NCBI GenBank assembly: GCA_036172245.1
Contig: JAYWIR010000014.1
Coordinates: forward strand, 1 to 64,000
Reading direction: 5' to 3'
DNA from: Raillietiella orientalis
Taxonomy: Eukaryota
DNA: 64,000 bases
Shown here: positions 1-15,100 of the stretch, piece after piece
How positions within the stretch are numbered: position 1 is the first letter of the stretch
Layout: the number at the start of each line of letters is the position of its first letter
Program-made: the position numbers and the translations under genes
Notes under the pieces: model-generated
What the model was told of the DNA's origin: nothing
Seen by the model: the letters and a program-made list of their open reading frames with translations, nothing else
Database searches by the model: none

Positions 1-24
1 AAAAAGCTGTAAACAATATTCACT

Positions 25-3000
25 GGAATATAACCTCAATCGGCATCAAGGATGGAAGAATACGTCGAGTTATTTGCAAACACTTCCAAGCATTGTAACA
101 TTTCAACTTCTGATCACTAATGACAACCACAATATAAGGAGTTTGTTAGGATCAGGAGTGCTTACAGAAGGACAAAACAACAGGTTTGCAAATGCATAGA
201 TGATGCTAATCAAAGTGTACGTTTAGTGGTGTGCAAGGAAAAGCAATTTCTGTTATGGATGAAAAGCATGATGCAGAGCTTTCCAATAAAAATCTCGACA
301 TCATTTGGGAAAACATTATAGAAAGCAACACCATTGGCGATGCTTTGATTGCCGAATTGACATGGAAACGAAATGTGGAACTGGTGCACTAAGCTCAACG
401 CGACGCTTGTGACAATTACATACTGCTGTAACCTCTAATCTAAATTGTAGTAGCAAGGTTGGAATTCTTAGAAGTGACATCTTCTGTCTCTTCACGTAGG
501 CACCTGAGCACTTCATAACGGATCCAGTTCAAGATGATCAAAGCAGGGAGCAATGCTGCGAACAGAGGAAAACTATTCCTCTTGCTCCATATTGTTCATG
601 ATTCTAAACGGAATTTTTTAATTCGAGGAAATTCACATCTTTAGTAGGCTTGGGTTTTTGTTTAAAGCTTATCGAAATGCGTGTCGCTAAATAGAGTATA
701 CATCTACATACTGCATACATTTGCTTTCAAAAATTGTGAACTGAAAACAATTGCGTCGCAGAATGTGGTCTCTTGCTTGCTTGTAAAAGCATAAATAGTT
801 TGGAATTTTATTCATTGTCAAGGAAACCAATGTTCCACACAGGACACCAATCATTGAGATTCACCGTATTTCACAAACGGAAGATATTTTTCATGTGTTT
901 TTGAAAATATGTTTGACTCAGCAAAAGGGCTTTCAAGTATAATTCGCTCACATGAAAATCGCCAATGCCGACAATGCAATAGAAAGCAAAGTGGCAACCA
1001 TAGATTTTTTGAAAAACTGGAATATCGTGTCAACTGTTTAAGTTTGAGCGTCCTTAAAGGCCAGAAGTCCATATAAGGGGTTCGTTTTTTTTGCTGCTCT
1101 CATTCAAAGCAGCAGTACACAATACTTCTGGAATATAAATTTAATCGTCGTTAACAAACTGAGGAATGCGTCAAAGTTATTTGTAAAGACTCCAAACGAA
1201 TTAACATTTCAACTTCTGATCACATATGACACGCTTCTGATATACGGAGTTTGTTTAGTTCAGGAGCGAGAAGGACAAAACAACAGGTTTACAAATCAAT
1301 AGATAATGCAATTTCAGATTGTACGTTTAGTTGTGTGCACAGGTAAGGAATTTCTGTTTTGGATGAAAGGCATGAAGCAGAGCATAACAAAAAAAAATCC
1401 GGATATTATTCAAGAAACGGATTCTAGAAGGGACCACAATTGGCGATGCTGTGGGTGCCGACTTGACATCGAAACGAAGTGTGCATCTGGTGCACTCACC
1501 TCAACGCGACGCTTGTGACAATTACATACTGCTGTAGCCTCTAGTCGAAATTGTAGTAGCAAGGTTGGAATTCTTAGAAGTGACATCTTCTGTCTCTTCA
1601 CGTAGGCACCTCAGCACTTTTTAACGCATCCAGTTCAAGATGATCAAAGCAGGGAGCTATGCTGCAAACAGAGGAAACCTATTCCTCTTGCTCCATATTG
1701 TTCATGATTCTGGGCGGAATTTTTCATTCGAGGAAGTTCACATCTTTAGTAGGCTTGGTTTTTTGTTTAAAGCTTATCGAAATGCGTGTCGCTAAATAGA
1801 GTATACATCTTAAGCTACATTGCTGAAATTGTGAATTGAAAACAATTGCATGTAGAATGTGGTCTCTTCTTGCTTGTAAGCATATAGTTTGGAATTTTAT
1901 TCATTGTCAAGGAATCCAATGTTGCACACCAAAGGAGAATCCTTGAGATTCATCGTATTTCGAAAACGGAAGATATTTTTCATGTGTTTTTGAAAATATG
2001 TTCCCATCGCGGAAGGGCTTCCGGGTATAATTCATTTACAAGAAAATCGCGTATGCCGACAATGGAAAAGAGGATGAGAGGAAAATTGGAAACCATACCA
2101 GAGATTTCTTAACACTGGAATAACACGTCAAAAAGTTCAATTAGTGCGTCGGCCGTCGAAATGAACCTAGAACTTCGTATCTTTGCAGTTCTCATTCAAA
2201 AGCTGTACACAATACTTACTAAGAATATAACCTCAATCAAAATAACGATGGAAGATTCGCTGGGTTATTTGCAAACGCGCGGCATTTTGGCCTTCAACAG
2301 GGTCACGCATGTGACAACTGCGATATCTGGAGTTTATGCAAGGTTCACGAATGCTCAGAAGGACAAAACAGCTGGTTTGGAAATAAATAGACGATGCTAT
2401 TTTGTGCGTTTGAAGTTGTGTGCACAGGTAAGGAATTTCTGTTTTGGATGAAAGGCATGAAGCAGAGCATTACAAAAAAAAATCCGGATATTATTCAAGA
2501 AACGGATAAATAGAACGGACCACAATTGGCGATGCTGCGGGTGCCGACTTGACATCGAAACGCAGTGTGCAACTGGTGCACTAACCTCAACGAGACGATT
2601 GTGACAATTGCATACTGCTGAAACCTCTAAGCTAAATTGTAATAGAATGGTTGGGATTCTTAGAAGAGACCTCTTATGTCTACTCACGGAGGCATCTCAG
2701 CACTTCACAACGGATTCTGTTCAAGGTGATCAAGCAGGCAATGCTAGGTGGAGACCATTACCGCTCTACCATATTGTTGGTGAATTGTGCGCGAGATTTC
2801 TTCATTCGAGGAAAGTGACATCTTGAGTCATCTTTGTTTTTTCTTGCATGTCCGTCGAAATGCGTGTTGCTCAAAAGGGCGTCCATCTACATACTGCGTA
2901 CTTTTGCTTTGTGAAATTGTAAATCTAGAACAATAGCGTTGTAGAATGTGGTCTCTTGATTGCATTGAAAAGCATGAAAAGTTTTGAATTTTCTTCATTC

Positions 3001-6000
3001 TCAAGGAAACCAGTGTTGCACACCAAAGACGAATCATTGAGATAAATCGTATTTCGGTAACGGAAGATATTTTGGCGTGTTCCTCGAAATATGTTTGACA
3101 TTGCACAAGCACTTTTCGGTATTATTTGCGTACAAGGAAAGTGATGATGACGACAAAAGTAAAGAAAGGTAAGTGGAAGCCAGAGATTTGGTAACACAAT
3201 GGAATATCGTGTCAACTGCTTGAATTGGGGATTGCGGAGGGGACGTAAGACGATATACGCGCTTCGTTTCTGCTGCTGTTCTCTTAAAAAAAAGCTGTAA
3301 ACAATATTCACTGGAATATAACCTCAATCGGCATCAAGGATGGAAGAATACGTCGAGTTATTTGTAAATACTTCCAAGCATTGTAACAGTTCAACTTCTG
3401 ATCACTAATGACAACCACAATATAAGGAGTTTGTTAGGATCAGGAGTGCTTACAAATGGAACAAAACAACAGGTTTACCGTCATAGATGATGCTAATCAA
3501 AGTGTACGTTTAGTGGTGTGCAAGGAAAAGCAATTTCTGTTATGGATGAAAAGCATGATGCAGAGCTTTCCAATAAAAATCTCGACATCATTTGGGAAAA
3601 CATTATAGAAAGCAACACCATTGGCGATGCTTTGATTGCCGAATTGACATCGAAACGAAATGTGGAACTGGTGCACTAAGCTCAACGCGACGCTTGTGAC
3701 AACTACATACTGCTGTAACCTCTAATCTAAATTGTAGTAGCAAGGTTGGAATTCTTAGAAGTGACATTTTCTGTCTCTTCACGTAGGCAACTGAGCACTT
3801 CATAACGGATCTAGTTCAAGATGATCAAAGCAGGGAGCAATGCTGCGAACAGAGGAAAACTATTCCTCTTGCTCCATATTGTTCATGATTCTAAACGGAA
3901 TTTTTTTAATCGAGGAAATTCACATCTTTAGTAGGCTTGGTTTTTTGTTTGAAGCTTATCGAAATGCGTGTCGCTAAATAGAGTATACATCTACATACTG
4001 CATACATTTGCTTTCAAAAATTGTGAACTGAAAACAATTGCGTCGCAGAATGTGGTCTCTTGCTTGCTTGTAAAAGCATAAATAGTTTGGAATTTTATTC
4101 ATTGTCAAGGAAACCAATGTTCCACACAGGACACCAATCATTGAGATTCACCGTATTTCACAAACGGAAGATATTTTTCATGTGTTTTTGAAAATATGTT
4201 TGACTCAGCAAAAGGGCTTTCAAGTATAATTCGCTCACATGAAAATCGCCAATGCCGACAATGCAATAGAAAGCGAAGTGGCAACCATAGATTTTTTGAA
4301 ACACTGGAATATCGTGTCAACTGTTTAAGTTTGAGCGTCCTTAAAGGCCAGAAGTCCATATAAGGGGTTCGTTTTTTTTGCTGCTCTCATTCAAAGCAGC
4401 AGTACACAATACTCACCGGAATATAAATTCAATCGTCGTTAACAAACGAGGAATGCGTCGAGTTATTTGTAAAGACTCCAAGCAAATTAACATTTCAACT
4501 TCTGATCACATATGACAACTACGATATACGGAGTTTGTTTGGTTCAGGAGTGCTTAGAGAAGGACAAAACAACAGGTTTACAAATCAATAGATAATGCAA
4601 TTTCAGATTGTACGTTTAGTTGTGTGCACAGGTAAGGAATTTCTGTTTTGGATGAAAGGCATGAAGCAGAGCATAACAAAAAAAAATCCGGATATTATTC
4701 AAGAAACGGATTCTAGAAGGGACCACAATTGATGCTGTGGGTGCCGACTTGGCAACATCAAGCAAGTGTGCATCCTGGTGCACTCACCTCAGCGCGACGC
4801 TTGTGACAATTACATACTGCTGTAGCCTCTAGTCAAAATTGTATTCAGTCCTGGAAATCCATGCGGGTGTGAAATGAAGCATCTTCTGTCTCTTCCATGA
4901 AGGCCTCCTGGCACTTTTTAACGCATCAGTTCAAGATGATCAAAGCGGGAGCTGTGCTGCAAAACAGGAAACCTGATGATGGCAAAATGTTGGGTTCATG
5001 ATTCTGGGCGAATTTTTCATTCGAGGAAGTTCACATCTTTATTAGGCTTGGTTTTTTTTAAAGCTTGTCGAAATGCGTGTCCGCTAAATAGAGTATACAT
5101 CCCTTTTTGTATTTGCTTTCAAAAATTGTGAATTGAAAACAATTGCGTCGCAGAATGTGGTCTCTTGTTTGCTTGTAAAAGCATAAATAGTTTGGAATTT
5201 TATTCATTGTCAAGGAATCCAATGTTGCACACCAAAGGAGAATCCTTGAGATTCATCGTATTTCGAAAACGGAAGATATTTTTCATGTGTTTTTGAAAAT
5301 ATGTTCCCATCGCGGAAGGGCTTCCGGGTATAATTCATTTACAAGAAAATCGCGTATGCCGACAATGGAAAAGAGAGGAAAGTGGAAACCAGAGATTTCT
5401 AAACACTGGAATAACACGTCAAAAGTTCGAGTGGGTGCGTCTGACCAATCGAAATGAGATTACAGGGGCTTCGTATCTTTTGCAGTTCTCATTCAAAAGC
5501 TGTACACAATGCTTACTGGAATATAACCTCAATCGGCATCAACGATGGAAGATTCCTTTGGGTTATTTGCAAACACTTGCAAGCATTTTAATATTTCAAC
5601 TTAGGGTCACATGTGACAACTGCGATATACGGAGTTTGTTAGGTTCACGAATGCTCAGAGAAGGACAAAACAACTGGTTTGGAAATCAATAGACGATGCT
5701 ATTTTCAATTGTACGTTTAGTGGTGTGCAGAGGAAAGGAATTTCTGTTTTGGATGAAAGGCATGAAGCAGAGCATTACAAAAAAAAATCCGGATATTATT
5801 CAAGAAACGGATAAATAGAACGGACCACAATTGGCGATGCTGCGGGTGCCGACTTGACATCGAAACGCAGTGTGCAACTGGTGCACTAACCTCAACAGGT
5901 TGATTGTGACAATTGCATACTCTGAAACCTCTAAGCTAATTGTAATAGAATGGTTGATTCTTAGAAGAGACCATCTGCTTTTACTCACGGAGAGCATCTC

Positions 6001-9000
6001 AACTTAATACAACGGATTCTGTTCAGGTGATCAAAGCAGGGAACTTAATCACGGAAACAGTGGAGGGCCATTCTCTACCTCCCTTAGCTGTTGGTGAATT
6101 GTGCGCGAGATTTCTTCATTCAGAGAAAATGCAACATTGATCATCTTTGTTTTTTCTTGCATGTCCGTCGAAATGCAGTATTTGCTCAAAAGGGCGTCAT
6201 CTACATACTGCGTACTTTTGCTTTGTAAAAATAAATCATTTCATAGCGTTGTAGAATGTGGTCTCTTGATTGCATTGAAAAGCATGAAAAGTTTTGAATT
6301 TTCTTCATTCTCAAGGAAACCAGTGTTGCACACCAAAGACGAATCATTGAGATAAATCGTATTTCGGTAACGGAAGATATTTTGGCGTTTTCTTCGAAAT
6401 ATGTTTGACATTGCACAAGCACTTTTCGGTATTATTCGCGTACAAGGAAAGTGATGATGACGACAAAAGAAAAGAAAGGTAAGTGGAAGCCAGAGATTTG
6501 GTAACACAATGGAATATCGTGTCGACTGCTTGAATTGGGGATTGCGGAGGGGACGTAAGACGATATACGCGCTTCGTTTCTGCTGCTGTTCTCATAAAAA
6601 AAAGCTGTAAACAATATTCACTGGAATATAACCTCAATCGGCATCAAGGATGGAAGAATACGTCGAGTTATTTGCAAACACTTCCAAGCATTGTAACATT
6701 TCAACTTCTGATCACTAATGACAACCACAATATAAGGAGTTTGTTAGGATCAGGAGTGCTTACAGAAGGACAAAACAACAGGTTTGCAAATGCATAGATG
6801 ATGCTAATCAAAGTGTACGTTTAGTGGTGTGCAAGGAAAAGCAATTTCTGTTATGGATGAAAAGCATGATGCAGAGCTTTCCAATAAAAATCTCGACACC
6901 ATTTGGGAAAACATTATAGAAAGCAACACCATTGCGATGCTTTGATTGCCGAATTGACATCGAAACGAAATGTGGAACTGGTGCACTAAGCTCAACGCGA
7001 CGCTTGTGCCAATTACATACTGCTGTAACCTCTAATCTAAATTGTATTTGCAAGGTTGGAATTCTTAGAAGTGACATCTTCTGTTTCTTCACGTAGGCAC
7101 CTCAGCACTTCATAACGGATCCAGTTCAAGATGATCAAAGCAGGGAGCAATGCTGCGAACGGAGGAAAACTATTCCTCTTGCTCCATATTGTTCATGATT
7201 CTGGGCGGAATTTTTTCATTCGATTAAATTCACATCTTTAGTAGTCTTGGTTTTTTGTTTAAAGCTTATCGAAATGCGTGTCGCTAAATAGAGTATACAT
7301 CTACATACTGCATACATTTGCTTTCAAAAATTGTGAACTGAAAACAATTGCGTCGCAGAATGTGGTCTCTTGCTTGCTTGTAAAAGCATAAATAGTTTGG
7401 AATTTTATTCATTGTCAAGGAAACCAATGTTCCACACAGGACACCAATCATTGAGATTCACCGTATTTCACAAACGGAAGATATTTTTCATGTGTTTTTG
7501 AAAATATGTTTGACTCAGCAAAAGGTCTTTCAAGTAGAATTCGCTCACATGAAAATCGCCAATGCCGACAATGCAATAGAAAGCAAAGTGGTAACCATAG
7601 ATTCTTTGAAACACTGGAATATCGTGTCAACTGTTTAAGTTTTAGCGTCCTTAAAGGCCAGAAGTCCATATAAGGGGTTCGTTTTTTTTGCTGCTGTCAT
7701 TCAAAGCAGCAGTACACAATACTCACCGGAATATAAATTCAATCGTCGTTAACAAACGAGGAATGCGTCGAGTTATTTGTAAAGACTCGCAAGCAAATTA
7801 ACATTTCAACTTCTGATCACATATGACAACTACGATATACGGAGTTTGTTTGGTTCAGGAGTGCTTAGAGAAGGACAAAACAACAGGTTTACAAATCAAT
7901 AGATAATGCAATTTCAGATTGTACGTTTAGTTGTGTGCACAGGTAAGGAATTTCTGTTTTGGATGAAAGGCATGAAGCAGAGCATAACAAAAAAAAATCC
8001 GGATATTATTCAAGAAACGGATTCTAGAAGGGACCACAATTGGCGATGCTGTGGGTGCCGACTTGACATCGAAACGAAGTGTGCATCTGGTGCACTCACC
8101 TCAACGCGACGCTTGTGACAATTACATACTGCTGTAGCCTCTAGTCGAAATTGTAGTAGCAAGGTTGGAATTCTTAGAAGTGACATCTTCTGTCTCTTCA
8201 CGTAGGCACCTCAGCACTTTTTAACGCATCCAGTTCAAGATGATCAAAGCAGGGAGCTATGCTGCAAACAGAGGAAACCTATTCCTCTTGCTCCATATTG
8301 TTCATGATTCTGGGCGGAATTTTTTCATTCGAGGAAGTTCACATCTTTAGTAGGCTTGGTTTTTTGTTTAAAGCTTATCGAAATGCGTGTCGCTAAATAG
8401 AGTATACATCTACATACTGCATACATTTGCTTTCAAAAATTGTGAATTGAAAACAATTGCGTCGCAGAATGTGGTCTCTTGTTTGCTTGTAAAAGCATAA
8501 ATAGTTTGGAATTTTATTCATTGTCAAGGAATCCAATGTTGCACACCAAAGGAGAATCCTTGAGATTCATCGTATTTCGAAAACGGAAGATATTTTTCAT
8601 GTGTTTTTGAAAATATGTTCCCATCGCGGAAGGGCTTCCGGGTATAATTCATTTACAGGAAAATCGCGTATGCTGACAATCGAAAAGAGAGGAAAGTGGA
8701 AACCAGAGATTTCTAAACACTGGAATAACACGTCAAAAGTTCGAGTGGGTGCGTCTGACCAATCGAAATGAGAATGCAGGGGCTTCGTATCTTTTGCAGT
8801 TCTCATTCAAAAATCTGTACACAATGCTTACTGGAATATAACCTCAATCGGCATCCACGATGGAAGAATGCTTCGGGTTATTTGCAAACATTTGCAAGCA
8901 TTTTAATATTTCAACTTCGGGTCACATGTGACAACTGCGATATACGGAGTTTGTAAGGTTCACGAATGCTGAGAGAAGGACAAAACAACTGGTTTGGAAA

Positions 9001-9934
9001 TCAATAGATGATGCTATTTCCAATTGTACGTTTAGTGGTGTGCAGAGGAAAGGAATTTCTGTTTTGGATGAAAGGCATGAAGCAGAGCATTACAAAAAAA
9101 AAATCCGGATATTATTCAAGAAACGGATAAATAGAACGGACCACAATTGGCGATGCTGCGGGTGCCGACTTGACATCGAAACGCAGTGTGCAACAGTGCA
9201 CCAACCTCAGCGAGACGGTGTGACAATTACCTGCTGAGGTTTGGAAGCTAAATTGTAATGAATGGCTAAGGGACTTAGAAGAGACCTCTTATGTCTACTC
9301 ACGGAGGCATCTCAGCACTTCGCAACGGATTCTGTTCAAGGTGATCAAAGCAGGTAGCAATGCTGGAAACAGTGGAGGGCCATTACTCTACCTCCATATT
9401 GTTGGTGAATTGTGCGCGAGATTTCTTCATTCGAGGAAAGTGACATCTTGAGTCATCTTTGTTTGTTCTTGCATGTCCGTCGAAATGCGTGTTGCTCAAA
9501 AGGGCGTCCATCTACATACTGCGTACTTTTGCCATTGAAAGTGTAAATCTAGAACAATATGAATACCGAGCTAATGTATTCTTGATTGCATTTAACTCTT
9601 TCCATCTCTTTGAATTTTCTTCATCTCAAAGAAACCAGTGTTGCACACAAAAACGAATCATTGAGATAAATCGTATTTCTAGTAACGAATATTTTGGCGT
9701 GTTCTTCGAAATATGTTTGACATTGCACAAGCACTTTTCGGTATTATTCGCGTACAAGGAAAGTGATGATGACGACAAAAGAAAAGAAAGTTAAGTGGAA
9801 GCCAGAGATTCGGTAACACAATGGAATATCGTGTCAACTGCTTGAATTGGGGATTGCGGAGGGGACGAAAGACGATATACGCGCTTCGTTTCTGCTGCTG
9901 TTCTCATAAAAAAAAGCTGTAAACAATATTCACT
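25..9934. repeat. Trimeric higher-order repeat (monomer types A-B-C, ~3.3 kb, 3 copies)
   Basis: Type-A monomers (AGGATGGAAGAATACGTCGAG) start at 25, 3313, 6623 and 9935, giving periods of 3288, 3310 and 3312. Near-identical ORFs occur at 851/4138/7448 and 210/3497. Confidence 0.93.
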
Positions 9935-12128
9935 GGAATATAACCTCAATCGGCCTCAAGGATGGAAGAATACGTCGAGTTATTTGCAAACACTTCCAAG
10001 CATTTTAAGATTTCAACTTCTGATCACTAATGACAACCACAATATAAGGAGTTTGTTAGGTTCAGGAGTGCTTACAGAAGGACAAAACAACAGGTTTGCA
10101 AATGCATAGATGATGCTAATCAAAGTGTACGTTTAGTGGTGTGCAAGGAAAAGCAATTTCTGTTATGGATGAAAAGCATGATGCAGAGCTTTCCAATAAA
10201 AATCTCGACATCATTTGGGAAAACATTATAGAAAGCAACAAGATTGGCGATGCTTTGATTGCCGAATTGACATGGAAACGAAATGTGGAACTGGTGCACT
10301 AAGCTCAACGCGACGCTTGTGACAATTACATACTGCTGTAACCTCTAATCTAAATTGTAGTGGATTGATTACCGTGGCATCTTCTGTCTCTTTACGTGAA
10401 GCCTCTGAAGCACTTCTGTGGATCAGTTCAAGATGATCAAAGCAGGAGCAATGCATGCCAATTGAGGAAAACCTTTTTCTTGCTCCATATTGTTCCTGAT
10501 GATTCTAAACGGATTTTTTCATTCGAGGAAGTTCACATCTTTAGTAGGCTTGGTTTTTTGTTTAAAGCTTATCGAAATGCGTGTCGCTAAATAGAGTATA
10601 CATCTACATACTGCATACATTTGCTTTCAAAAATTGTGAATTGAAAACAATTGCGTCGCAGAATGTGGTCTCTTGTTTGCTTGTAAAAGCATAAATAGTT
10701 TGGAATTTTATTCATTGTCAAGGAATCCAATGTTGCACACCAAAGGAGAATCCTTGAGATTCATCGTATTTCGAAAACGGAAGATATTTTTCATGTGTTT
10801 TTGAAAATATGTTCCCATCGCGGAAGGGCTTCCGGGTATAATTCATTTACAAGAAAATCGCGTATGCCGACAATGGAAAAGAGAGGAAAGTGGAAACCAG
10901 AGATTTCTAAACACTGGAATAACACGTCAAAAGTTCGAGTGGGTGCGTCTGACCAATCGAAATGAGAATACAGGGGCTTCGTATCTTTTGCAGTTCTCAT
11001 TCAAAAATCTGTACACAATGCTTACTGGAATATAACCTCAATCGGCATCAACGATGGAAGATTCCTTTGGGTTATTTGCAAACACTTGCAAGCATTTTAA
11101 TATTTCAACTTAGGGTCACATGTGACAACTGCGATATACGGAGTTTGTTAGGTTCACGAATGCTCAGAGAAGGACAAAACAACTGGTTTGGAAATCAATA
11201 GATGATGCTATTTCCAATTGTACGTTTAGTGGTGTGCAGAGGAAAGGAATTTCTGTTTTGGATGAAAGGCATGAAGCAGAGCATTACAAAAAAAAATCCG
11301 GATATTATTCAAGAAACGGATAAATAGAACGGACCACAATTGGCGATGCTGCGGGTGCCGACTTGACATCGAAACGAAGTGTGCAACTGGTGCACTCACC
11401 TCAACGAGACGATTGTGACGATTGCATGCTGCCTAAACCTCTAAGCTAAATTGTAATAGAATGGTTGGGATTCTTAGAAGAGACCTCTTATGTCTACTCA
11501 CGGAGGCATCTCAGCACTTCGCAACGGATTCTGTTCAAGGTGATCAAAGCAGGTAGCAATGCTGGAAACAGTGGAGGGCCATTACTCTACCTCCATATTG
11601 TTGGTGAATTGTGCGCGAGATTTCTTCATTCGAGGAAAGTGACATCTTGAGTCATCTTTGTTTTTTCTTGCAGGTCCGTCGAAATGCGTGTTGCTCAAAA
11701 GGGCGTCCATCTGCATACTGCGTACTTTTGCTTTGTGAAATTGTAAATCTAGAACAATAGCGTTGTAGAATGTGGTCTCTTGATTGCATTGAAAAGCATA
11801 GTTTGAATTTTCTTCATTCTCAAGAAACCAGTGTTGCACACCCAAGACGAATCATTGAGATAAATCGTATTTCGGTAACAAAATATTTTGGCGTTTTCTT
11901 CGAAATATGTTTGACATTGCACAAGCACTTTTCGGTATTATTCGCGTACAAGGAAAGTGATGATAACGACAAAAGAAAAGAAAGGTAAGTGGAAACCAGA
12001 GATTTGGTAACACAATGGAATATCGTGTCAACTGCTTGAATTGGTGATTGCGGAGGGGACGTAAGACGATATACGCGCTTCGTTTCTGCTGCTGTTCTCA
12101 TAAAAAAAAGCTGTAAACAATATTCACT

Positions 12129-15100
12129 GGAATATAACCTCAATCGGCATCAAGGATGGAAGAATACGTCGAGTTATTTGCAAACACTTCCAAGCATTTT
12201 AACATTTCAACTTCTGATCACTAATGACAACTACAATATAAGGAGTTTGTTAGGTTCAAGAGTTAGCGAAGAAGGACAATATGGAGTTTGCAAATGCATA
12301 GATGATGTTAATCAAAGTGTACGTTTTAATCAAAGTGTACGTTAAGTGGTGTGCAAGGAAAAGAAAGAAAAGCATGAGTTTTCTATGAAGAAGTGAAAAG
12401 CATGATGCAAGAGCTTTCAATAAAGAAATCTCGACATCATTTGGGAAAACATTATAGAAAGCAACACCATGTGATGCTTTGATTACCGAATCAGCATCAA
12501 AGCAATCGTAGAACTAGTGCACTAAGCTCAACGCGACACTTGTGACAATTACATGCTGCTTTATCTAGTCTAAATTGTAGTAGCAAGGTTGGAATTCTTA
12601 GAAGTGACATCTTCTGTCTCTTCACGTAGGCACCTCAGCACTTTTTAACGGATCCAGTTCAAGATGATCAAAGCAGGGAGCAATGCTGCAAACAGAGGAA
12701 ACCTATTTTTCTTGCTCCATATTGTTCATGATTCTGGGCGGAATTTTTTCATTCGAGGAAATTCACATCTTTAGTAGGCTTGGATTTTTGTTTAAAGCTT
12801 ATCGAAATGCGTGTCGCTAAATAGAGTATACATCTACATACTGCATACATTTGCTTTGAAAAAATTGTGAATTGAAAACAATTGCGTCGCAGAATGTGGT
12901 CTCTTTGCTTACTTGTAAAGCATAAATAGTTTGGAATTTTATTCATTGTCAAGGAAACCAATGTTCCACACAGGACACCAATCATTGAGATTCACCGTAT
13001 TTCCCAAACGGAAGATATTTTTCATGTGTTTTTGAAAATATGTTTGACTCAGCAAAAGGGCTTTCAAGTAGAATTCGCTCACATGAAAATCGCCAATGCC
13101 GACAATGCAATAGAAAGCAAAGTGGCAACCATAGATTCTTTGAAACACTGGAATATCGTGTGAACTGTTTAAGTTTGAGCGTCCTTAAAGGCCAGAAGTT
13201 TCTTTAAGGAGTTCGTTTTTCTTTAACTCTCATTCAAAGCAGCAGTACACAATACTCTGGAATATAAATTCAATCGTCGTTAACAAACGGGAATGCGTCA
13301 AAGTCCATTTGTAAAGACTCGCAAGCAAATTAACATTTCAACTTCTGATCACATATGACAAATACGATATACGGAGTTTGTTTGGTTCAGGAGTGCTTAG
13401 AGAAGGACAAAACAACAGGTTTACAAATCAATAGATAATGCTATTTCTAATTGTACGTTTAGTTGTGTGCACAGGTAAGGAATTTCTGTTTTGCATGAAA
13501 GGCATGAAGCAGAGCATTACAAAAAAAAATCCGGATATTATTCAAGAAACGGATTCTAGAAGGGACCACAATTGGCGATGCTGTGGGTGCCGACTTGACA
13601 TCGAAACGAAGTGTGCATCTGGTGCACTCACCTCAACGCGACGCTTGTGACAATTACATACTGCTGTAGCCTCTAGTCTAAATTGTAGTAGCAAGGTTGG
13701 AATTCTTAGAAGTGACATCTTCTGTCTCATCACGTAGGCACCTCAGCACTTCATAACGGATCCAGTTCAAGATGATCAAAGCAGGGAGCAATGCTGCAAA
13801 CAGAGGAAAACTATTCCTCTTGCTCCATATTGTTCATGATTCTGGGCGAAATTTTTTCATTCGAGGAAATTCACATCTTTAGTAGTCTTGGTTTTTTGTT
13901 TAAAGCTTCTCGAAATGCGTGTCGCTAAATAGAGTATACATCTACATACTGCATACATTTGCTTTGGAAAATTGTGAATTGAGAACAATTGCGTTGCAGA
14001 ATGTGGTCTCTTGCTTGCTTGTAAAAGCATAAATAGTTTGGAATTTTATTCATTGTCGAAAGGGCTCCAATATTTTTTCGGAGAATCATAAGATTAGCGT
14101 TTTTTCGAAGCAGAAGATATTTTCATGTGTTTTTGAAAAATATATTTCCCATCATGGAAAACTTCCGTTATATTCTACAAGAAAATCGCGTATGCCGACA
14201 ATGGAAAAAAGAGGAAAGTGGAAACCAGAGATTTCTAAACACTGGAATAACACGTCAAAAGTTCGAGTGGGTGCGTCTGACCAATCGAAATGAGAATACA
14301 GGGGCTTCGTATCTTTTGCAGTTCTCATTCAAAAATCTGTACACAATGCTCAGTGGAATATAACCTCAATCGGCATCAACGATGGAAGAATCCCTCGGGT
14401 TATTTGCAAACACTTGCAAGCATTTTAATATTTCAACTTATGGAAGAATCCCTCGGGTTATTTGCAAACACTTGCAAGCATTTTAATATTTCAACTTCAT
14501 GTCACATGTGACAACTGCGATATACGGAGTTTGTTAGGTTCACGAATGCTCAGAGAATTACAAAACAACTGGTTTGGAAATAGATAGATGATGCTATTTT
14601 TAATTGTACGTTTAATGGTGTGCAAAGGAAATTAATTTCGGTTTTGGATGAAACGCATGGAACAGAGCATTATAGAAAAAATCTTGATATTATTTAAGAA
14701 ACGCATTATGCAAGGGACCACAATTGGCGATGCTGTGGGTGCCCACTTGACATCGAAACGAAGTGTGCAACTGGTGCACTCACCTCAACGAGACGATTGT
14801 GACAATTGCATACTGCTGAAATCTCGAAAGTGAATTGTAATAGAAAAGTTGGGTTTCTTAGAAGAGACCTCTTATGTGTAATCACGTAGGCATTCCTGCA
14901 TTTCACGACGGATTCAGTTCAACATCATCAAAGCAGAGGGCATTGCTGCAAACAGTGGAGAGCTATTCCTTTTCCTCCATATTGTTGGTGAATTTTTCGC
15001 GGAATTTGTCCATTCGAGGAAATTGACATTTTTGGTTGGCTTTGTTTCTTGTTGCAGGCTGATCGAAATGCGTTTTGCTTAAAAGAGTATTTATCTGCAT

